This document shows, one piece after another, positions 57,964 through 64,000 of a stretch of 64,000 nucleotides of DNA. The translations under genes were made by a program, and so were the position numbers. The stretch comes from an uncultured Candidatus Saccharimonadales bacterium. Lineage in GTDB: Bacteria; Patescibacteriota; Saccharimonadia; UBA4664. The notes beneath the pieces are model-generated. The model searched no databases, was not told where the DNA came from, and saw nothing but the letters and a program-made list of their open reading frames with translations. Within the stretch, counting starts at the first letter, position 1, and each line of letters begins with the position of its first letter. Location of the stretch: positions 2,502-66,501 of the forward strand of contig CAZSRA010000005.1 in the NCBI GenBank assembly GCA_964609585.1, given 5' to 3'.

Positions 57964-58287
57964 CTACAGGGGGAGTTCGGGATACATGGTCCTGATTAGG
58001 ATATAGGTTGCAAGCTGCAGGAGCAGGAATCCACCAATGACGATTGCAATGGTAATCCATTTGACGAGCGATCGGCGATTGACTGGAACAACATGGCGCA
58101 CTAGAGCATAAATGTCGGCGACGGCGGCGATAGTGGTCAAGATGACGGGAATGAAAAGAAACGGTACAAAGGCGAGTCCAGCCGCCCCGCAACCGGTGCT
58201 CGGACAGCTCGTGTAAACGAATGCGAAGAAACCGATCCACGCTGCAACGGCTAGAAGGTTTAGGATGATGAGTGTTTTTTTCTTCAC
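57964..58287 (-). CDS. small membrane protein (107 aa)
   Basis: 3 TM helices; starts 4 nt after the tktN stop. Confidence 0.45.
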   Translation of the reverse strand: MKKKTLIILNLLAVAAWIGFFAFVYTSCPSTGCGAAGLAFVPFLFIPVILTTIAAVADIYALVRHVVPVNRRSLVKWITIAIVIGGFLLLQLATYILIRTMYPELPL

Positions 58288-58290
58288 CGA

Positions 58291-59163
58291 TTATTCGTGT
58301 TCGCTACGGATCCTGCCGCCGAGGGTGCGGAGTTCGTGGAGAGCGATGCGAGCTTGGTCGGCTTTGGGTGGGGCGCCGGGCGGCTCGATGGTACCGGGTG
58401 GGTTGCCGTGCCAATGGTAGTCATTTTCCATGTAATCGACACCCCGGCCCGGAATAGTGTGGGCGATAATGGCAACAGGCAGATTGGAGATGGATTTGGC
58501 GAGGCCTGTGGCATCGATGATGGCCTGGAAGTTGTGGCCGTCGATTTCGATGACGTACCAGCCAAAGGCGGCGAATTTGGCGGCGAGGTTGCCGAGGGGC
58601 ATGACCGTGTCGGTGGGGCCGTCGATCTGGATATTGTTGCGGTCGATGATGGCGGTGAGGTTCGAGAGTTTATTTTTGGCAGCAAACATGACAGCTTCCC
58701 AAATGTTGCCTTCGTCGAGCTCGCCGTCGCCCGTAATTACATAGACGTGACTGCGCGAACCGTCCATACGCAAAGCCAGGGCGTGGCCGGCAGCTTGACT
58801 TATGCCTGAACCAAGCGGGCCCGAAGTGGATTCGAGGCCGGGCAGACGCAAGCGTTCCGGGTGACCCTGGAGACGCGAGCCGAATTTGCGCAAGGTTCCC
58901 AACTCTTTGACCGGGAAATAGCCGGCGCGAGCCATGGTGGCATAGCGCACCGGTACGCAGTGGCCATTGGAAAGGAAAAGGCGGTCACGCTCAGGCCAAT
59001 CGGGCTCTTTCGGGCGATGGTTGAGGATTTCGAAATAGAGTGCGGTAAATATGTCGGCGAGACCGAGTGGGCCAGCACTGTGCCCGCTCCCAGCCTCTAC
59101 GAGCATCTTGATGATGTCTTCGCGGATTTGCTCGGCTTGGAGTTCGAGTTGCTTATGGGTCAT
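58291..59163 (-). CDS. transketolase, N-terminal subunit (TPP-binding)
   Basis: Motifs GHSAGPLGLADIFTALYF ... SNGHCVPVRYA ... ITGDGELDEGNIWEA. Confidence 0.85.
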   Translation of the reverse strand: MTHKQLELQAEQIREDIIKMLVEAGSGHSAGPLGLADIFTALYFEILNHRPKEPDWPERDRLFLSNGHCVPVRYATMARAGYFPVKELGTLRKFGSRLQGHPERLRLPGLESTSGPLGSGISQAAGHALALRMDGSRSHVYVITGDGELDEGNIWEAVMFAAKNKLSNLTAIIDRNNIQIDGPTDTVMPLGNLAAKFAAFGWYVIEIDGHNFQAIIDATGLAKSISNLPVAIIAHTIPGRGVDYMENDYHWHGNPPGTIEPPGAPPKADQARIALHELRTLGGRIRSEHE

Positions 59164-59208
59164 GGTTAGAGCATAACTGGTTTTGGCGGTTTTGGGGAGA
59201 GTGGTTTG

Positions 59209-59847
59209 CTAACTTGTGCCTTCGGCGATAGACTGAACGGCAATATAGGCGATCTCAGGATCGGCGGCGTCGTGAATGAAGCTGCCAACGTCCAGGAGAT
59301 TGGCGCCGGCTTCGACAGCGAGACGGCTGGTTTCTTGGTTTAAACCACCGTCGACGCCGATCTCGAGATCGGGATTAATGGCTTTGGCTTGGGCAATTTT
59401 TTCGAGACAGTCGGCGCGGAATTCACCGCCGTTGTGGCCAAGACGCCCGGTAAAAACAAGAAGATGGTGGACGGTGGGCAACATGTCGCGGACTTGCTCG
59501 ATGGTGGTCTCCACGTTAACGGCGAGGCCGACTTGGATATCCATTTCGCGCAGCGTTTTGAAAAAGGCTTCGTGGTCGAAGGGGGCTTCAAAATGGGTGA
59601 TCACGAGGCGAGGCTGGAGGCTGATGATATCTTCGATTTGGCTTTCAGGATGGGTCATCATGAGGTGGAGGTCGAAGGGGACGCCGTCGATGTCGTAGAC
59701 CTGACTAAGTCCAATAGTTTTGACCTCGGTGAAGACGCCATCGCCCACATCGATATGTAGGCGGGTGGCAAAGGGTTTCACGTTGTCGATGCGACGAGCG
59801 TAGTCTTCGGGGGTGGTGGCGTTAATAGTGGGCGCGACGCTAGCCAT
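59209..59847 (-). CDS. rpe: ribulose-phosphate 3-epimerase
   Basis: Motifs LHIDVGDGVF ... DLHLMM ... GVDGGLN. Confidence 0.85.
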   Translation of the reverse strand: MASVAPTINATTPEDYARRIDNVKPFATRLHIDVGDGVFTEVKTIGLSQVYDIDGVPFDLHLMMTHPESQIEDIISLQPRLVITHFEAPFDHEAFFKTLREMDIQVGLAVNVETTIEQVRDMLPTVHHLLVFTGRLGHNGGEFRADCLEKIAQAKAINPDLEIGVDGGLNQETSRLAVEAGANLLDVGSFIHDAADPEIAYIAVQSIAEGTS

Positions 59848-60286
59848 AGAGTTCCTCGATTTGATCGAGGCGTTTTTGATATTTGGGATTTTTTGAGAAT
59901 TCGGTTTTGAGCCAGGCGTCGACGGCGGCGAGGCAGGTGTCTTGGTCGGTATAGCTTGGTGCCAGTACGAGTACGTTCACATTGTCGTCGCGACGAGCGT
60001 GGACGGCGGTGTCTTCGTTCCAGGCGATGGCGGCGCGAATGCCACCTACACGGTTGGCGGCTATGGCCATACCCTGACCGGATTTGCAGATGAGGATGCC
60101 GAGGTCGTCATCCTCTCCTCCGAGCAATTTGGCCGTGACGGCGTAGGCGTACTGCGGGTAGTCGTCGAGCGCATCGTAAGTGCGAGCCCCCACATCCTCG
60201 ACCTCATAGCCCGAGTGGGCGAGATGTTCGCGTAAGACGTTCTTGAGTTCATAGCCGCCGTGATCGGCGCCGAGGTAGATCTTCAT
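59840..60286 (-). CDS. rpiB: ribose-5-phosphate isomerase B
   Basis: Motifs MKIYLGADHGGYELK ... GILICKSGQGMAIAANR. Confidence 0.85.
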   Translation of the reverse strand: MKIYLGADHGGYELKNVLREHLAHSGYEVEDVGARTYDALDDYPQYAYAVTAKLLGGEDDDLGILICKSGQGMAIAANRVGGIRAAIAWNEDTAVHARRDDNVNVLVLAPSYTDQDTCLAAVDAWLKTEFSKNPKYQKRLDQIEELYG

Positions 60287-60292
60287 GGATTC

Positions 60293-61303
60293 TTAAGCGA
60301 TCGTTTTGCCGACATTGACGACGTTTTCGATTAGGCGGTTGGAGTAGCCCCATTCGTTGTCGTACCAGACAACCACCTTGAGGAGATTGCCGCCTACGAC
60401 GTTGGTGAGGGCAAGGTCGACGATACCAGAGTGGGGATTGCCGATGAAGTCGGAGCTTACGAGGGGCTCATCGGTGGTGTCGAGGATGCCTTGGAAGCGG
60501 TCTTCTTTGGTGGCAGCAACGAGAGCAGCATTAACTTCATCTTTGGTGACATCTTTGCTCGTAACAAAGGTGAAATCGCTCAAGGATACAACGGATGTGG
60601 GGACGCGAACCGAGAGAGCGTCAAATTTGCTCTTGAGGGCCGGGAAAGCCTTTGCGGCAGCAGTAGCGGCACCGCTGGAAGTGGGGACAATGTTTTCGGC
60701 GGCATTGCGGCCTTCGCGCTTGTCTTTGTTGGGTGCGTCCTGGAGCGCTTGGCTGGCGGTATAGCTGTGGACGGTGGTCATCATGGCTTTTTCGATGCCA
60801 AATTTCTCTTCGATGACAACGGCCACGGGCGTGATGCAGTTGGTGGTGCAGGAAGCGTTTGAGACCACTGCGTCGCTGGCGCTAAGATCACCTTCGTTGA
60901 CGCCGATCACGAAGGTACCGACGCCTTCACCCTTGGCGGGACCCGAGATCACTACGCGTTTGGCACCGGCGGTGAGGTGCTTGGAGGCGTCTTCGACTTT
61001 GGTAAAGCGGCCGGTGGATTCAATGACGACATCGACTTCGAGCTCTTTCCAGGGCAACAGCGCCGGGTCTTTCTCGGCGGTAACGCGGATTTTTTTGCCG
61101 TCAACGATGAGGTGGCCCTCATCGAAGCCGACTTCTTGGTGATAAGTGCCATAGTTTGAATCGTGCTTGAGGAGGTAGGCTAGGGTGTCGGTTGACGTAA
61201 TGTCGTTGATGGCGACAACTTCGAGCTCTGCATTTTGCTCTGCGATCTTGAATGCGTTGCGGCCGATACGTCCGAAACCGTTGATGGCGACTTTGTAGGT
61301 CAT
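60293..61303 (-). CDS. gap: glyceraldehyde-3-phosphate dehydrogenase
   Basis: Motifs INGFGRIGRNAFK and ASCTTNCITP (catalytic Cys). Confidence 0.9.
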   Translation of the reverse strand: MTYKVAINGFGRIGRNAFKIAEQNAELEVVAINDITSTDTLAYLLKHDSNYGTYHQEVGFDEGHLIVDGKKIRVTAEKDPALLPWKELEVDVVIESTGRFTKVEDASKHLTAGAKRVVISGPAKGEGVGTFVIGVNEGDLSASDAVVSNASCTTNCITPVAVVIEEKFGIEKAMMTTVHSYTASQALQDAPNKDKREGRNAAENIVPTSSGAATAAAKAFPALKSKFDALSVRVPTSVVSLSDFTFVTSKDVTKDEVNAALVAATKEDRFQGILDTTDEPLVSSDFIGNPHSGIVDLALTNVVGGNLLKVVVWYDNEWGYSNRLIENVVNVGKTIA

Positions 61304-61425
61304 ATTTGGGGTTCACCTGATTAGTTACTTTAACAATAGGAGGTTATGGGCGCGGGGGCAAGTCGTTTTGACATGAGGTATAATGGCTGGGTCCAAACGC
61401 CCTATCCCTAGAAGGGATTTTAACT

Positions 61426-62082
61426 ATGATCGCTTCCAGATCGCTCCCCGATCAGGCCACTCGGACCCTGCGCGAATGTGCTGAAGCGATGGTCCGCGGG
61501 GAAGTAAGCGGTGAGCTCCTCCTGACTCGGCTGTACAGCTCCTTCGGCAGTCTGGGTGGATATATGATCGAGGTGCTAGCCCAGATGGTCGAAAAGCTCT
61601 CCGAACGCGAGCTGACGGTTCGCGTGGCGGGTGGCGAGCTCTATGACCCGAGACTGCCAGCAGATCATCTGCCGTTGGCGCTGGGCCCGCTGGATCAGAT
61701 CTGGCGGCTGTCCATCGTCGAACACCGAGACCTTACTCCCGGTATGGTGCTCTACTCGCTTACACCCGAAGCCGGGGGCCTGCGACGCTGTGAAGCGGTT
61801 ACTCCCGAGAAAGCGGCGCGACGGCGGGCCGATTTCGCCAAGTATCGGCCGCCTCAGGAAGATGAGAGCTGGCTGTGGACTAAGCTTCGCGAGACGAGGC
61901 CAGACGCGTACTGGACGGTCGTAAAGCTGATCGACGCCCACTTCACAGACAACTCACTCACCGATAGCCAGTTCAAGGCGCTTCGAAGCTTGTCCCTCGT
62001 AGGGCCAGCACGCTTCACGCTCGGGGATTTGCTTGCAGCGGCAAGCATCACCGACCGGCTTGTCGTGGATCTCGTGTCATGA
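61426..62082 (+). CDS. hypothetical protein (high-GC)
   Basis: 218-aa GC3-rich ORF with no recognisable motif. Confidence 0.4.
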   Translation: MIASRSLPDQATRTLRECAEAMVRGEVSGELLLTRLYSSFGSLGGYMIEVLAQMVEKLSERELTVRVAGGELYDPRLPADHLPLALGPLDQIWRLSIVEHRDLTPGMVLYSLTPEAGGLRRCEAVTPEKAARRRADFAKYRPPQEDESWLWTKLRETRPDAYWTVVKLIDAHFTDNSLTDSQFKALRSLSLVGPARFTLGDLLAAASITDRLVVDLVS

Positions 62083-62185
62083 TCGGAAAGTGAAGCATCT
62101 CAGCCTCTTCGGAGCGCCCGTTCTTGGGAACGGCAAGGGCGTCTCTGAGGGGGCGCTTTTGTTGTAATTTTCAATCCCATGTTAT

Positions 62186-62214
62186 CTAGACATAAAATTA
62201 TTATTATGCTATAA
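62186..62214 (+). promoter_or_regulatory. sigma70-like promoter TAGACA-N17-TATAAT
   Basis: AT-rich linker 44 nt upstream of GTG 62258, which is preceded by GGAGG. Confidence 0.45.
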
Positions 62215-62257
62215 TATGCAAGTTCAATCCCTTTTTACAACTAGCTTGGAGGCTAGA

Positions 62258-63130
62258 GTGAGCAGCTCGCTCGAACGCAACACCCCGCCCATCTTCGCTG
62301 AGATGAACGGGCGCTTCGGTACCGAGATCGTCAGCGGCGTCATCACCGAGCTCGACTCCTGGCGGAACTTCAGCCGTCTCACCGCCTCTTCGGAGGTGCT
62401 CGACGAGAGCTTCGGCGACGTCATGGACGCGCTCGGCACGACCAACGGCCTCGCGATTCCGCGCGCCTTCGTGCCCCAGGCCGAGGGCCCGCTGGTCCGA
62501 CTGGCGGAAGGATTCGGCTACACCGGCGACGAGGGCAACCCGAACAACCCCGGGCTGGGCCTCGTGACCAACCTGGCCGGCATGGCCCTGGCCGTGACGT
62601 ACGCCGACGCGCCGTCCGCCACGATCGTCCACCCGTACACGGGCGTGACGGCCGCGATCAGCGGGATCTGGCACTACCTGCCGCGGGGCACGGTACAGGA
62701 GGCCATGCTGCTCATCCAGCAGCTGGTCGAGGCCGAGGGCGAGGAGTTCTCGCCGGCCGACCTCTGGGTCAACTTGTCGGCGGGCGGTCGCGAGGCCGGC
62801 TTCTTCATCGACAAGAACGGCCGCAACATCCTGCTCGCCGGTGAACCGCGCCACGTCTACGTCCGCAACATCTGGCGCGTGTTCGGCCAGGCGCGCCCCT
62901 ACGGTCTCGATCTCGCCGGGCTCTTCCGCGACCTGTGGATCGACGCCGAGGTGCCGTTCGATCAGATCGGCTTCGACCCGCGCGACACCACCACCTGGCG
63001 CAACGAGCTCGGCGAGCTGTGCCTGCCGAGCAAGCGCCTGTCCGACGCGGCCGGCGAGCCGGGCTGGTCATCGGCCGTCCACGCCATCTGCTGGACCGGC
63101 AACACGGCCGCCCGCAGGACGCGTAGCTAG
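62258..63130 (+). CDS. hypothetical protein (high-GC)
   Basis: GTG start with GGAGG 5 nt upstream. The ORF-track start at 62216 lies inside the promoter. About 66% GC. Confidence 0.4.
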   Translation: MSSSLERNTPPIFAEMNGRFGTEIVSGVITELDSWRNFSRLTASSEVLDESFGDVMDALGTTNGLAIPRAFVPQAEGPLVRLAEGFGYTGDEGNPNNPGLGLVTNLAGMALAVTYADAPSATIVHPYTGVTAAISGIWHYLPRGTVQEAMLLIQQLVEAEGEEFSPADLWVNLSAGGREAGFFIDKNGRNILLAGEPRHVYVRNIWRVFGQARPYGLDLAGLFRDLWIDAEVPFDQIGFDPRDTTTWRNELGELCLPSKRLSDAAGEPGWSSAVHAICWTGNTAARRTRS

Positions 63131-63215
63131 TACGAGGAGATGAACGACGGCCCCCGAGATGAAACCTGTCTCGGGGGCCGACTCCGTTTTAATTATTTTT
63201 TTACTTATTTGTAAC

Positions 63216-63749
63216 TTACCACCATTTATCCGCTTGTGCCCGCTCAGAGCACTCGCGAATGATCTTCCATGCTTCTTCGGGGCCGGTGATGCCGCGCACG
63301 AGGGTGCCGCCTTTTTTGAGGTCTTTGTAGTGGGTGAAGTGATGCGTGATTTGCTTTTTCCACTGTTCGCCGAGCTCGTCGACGTGTTTGATGGCGCCGA
63401 GATTGCGGTCGTCGGCGGGGACACAGATGATTTTGTGGTCGTTTTCGCCGTCGTCTTCGAAGTCGACCATGCCAATGACGCGAGTTTCTTCGATGACGAG
63501 GCCCATAGGCAGGGGCTCTTCCGTCACGAGCAGTACGTCGAGCTCGTCGCCGTCTTCATCGAGGGTTTGAGGGATGAAGCCGTAGCTCGTGGGTTTGGCA
63601 AAAATGCTTGGTTCAACGCGATCGAGAGCAAACAGTTTTTCGTGCCGGCGCCACTCCACTTTGAGCGTGGAGCCTTTGGGGATCTCGATGACGGTGGTGA
63701 CGTACTCGCCGTCTTTGCCAAATGGTAGTTTATTGAATGGGTAGCCCAT
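63216..63749 (-). CDS. ppa: inorganic pyrophosphatase (family I)
   Basis: Motifs IEIPKGS ... DGDELDVLLV ... D..DDHKII. Confidence 0.85.
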   Translation of the reverse strand: MGYPFNKLPFGKDGEYVTTVIEIPKGSTLKVEWRRHEKLFALDRVEPSIFAKPTSYGFIPQTLDEDGDELDVLLVTEEPLPMGLVIEETRVIGMVDFEDDGENDHKIICVPADDRNLGAIKHVDELGEQWKKQITHHFTHYKDLKKGGTLVRGITGPEEAWKIIRECSERAQADKWW

Positions 63750-63802
63750 ATGCCTCCTGTGATGTGATTATCGCTGGCTATTTTAGCATAGGTCCTGGTG
63801 TG

Positions 63803-64000
63803 CTATTGCTTAAGGCTCGCAAAGACCAGCTTGGCAGCTTGTGTTTCGGGCAGATCGAAATAGCCGGTAGCTGGTTTTGACTCCGCGTAGCCCGCAGCAA
63901 AGGTAAAGCCCATGGTTTTACCGGCAGGGTTTGGATAAAAATTGAGCCCACAACCGCTGCCGGAGCTACTATAGCTAGCGGCCATGAGATTAATGCTGCT
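63803..64000 (-). CDS. 3' end of an ORF whose start lies outside the window (hypothetical)
   Basis: The open frame reaches the window edge; only the C-terminal 60 aa are visible. Confidence 0.25.
   Translation of the reverse strand, partial: SSINLMAASYSSSGSGCGLNFYPNPAGKTMGFTFAAGYAESKPATGYFDLPETQAAKLVFASLKQ

Overview
This 64 kb window looks like a mid-GC (about 52-57% GC) reduced-metabolism bacterial backbone studded with higher-GC (about 63-68% GC) gene islets. The backbone carries DNA repair and central-carbon housekeeping genes: uvrA, uvrB, uvrC, a contiguous gap-rpiB-rpe-tktN-tktC-fba block with a split transketolase, a small NAD-malic enzyme, secG, inorganic pyrophosphatase, a pyrD 3' end, a DNA-3-methyladenine glycosylase, a MarR regulator, an Xaa-Pro aminopeptidase, and two paralogous tRNA-Leu genes. 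The split transketolase, compact operons and many small membrane proteins are the pattern reported for Patescibacteria/Saccharibacteria-like genomes; this is an inference and no marker gene was checked. The high-GC islets look horizontally acquired, with Actinobacteria as a plausible source given their GC content and the Pup-ligase family gene. Most islet genes carry their own AT-rich sigma70-like promoter (TTGCAT-N17-TATAAT) and a GC-rich hairpin terminator. Three loci stand out. A complete lasso-peptide gene cluster sits at 8.28-11.03 kb; its 36-aa precursor is absent from the ORF track and matches the YxxPxLxxxGxxxxxTx leader. A PafA/Dop (Pup-ligase) family glutamine-synthetase-like amidoligase at 42.4-43.9 kb lies next to a DUF4178-like, lipoprotein, DUF350 and membrane-fused spermidine-synthase-like module running to 49.9 kb. 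A single 1041-aa polypeptide fuses GtrA, a family-2 glycosyltransferase and a GT39/PMT-type glycosyltransferase, next to a tRNA-Leu. A 1027-aa protein ends in a CHAT/caspase-like His-Cys protease signature. All calls rest on reading the sequence; no database or HMM search was run.
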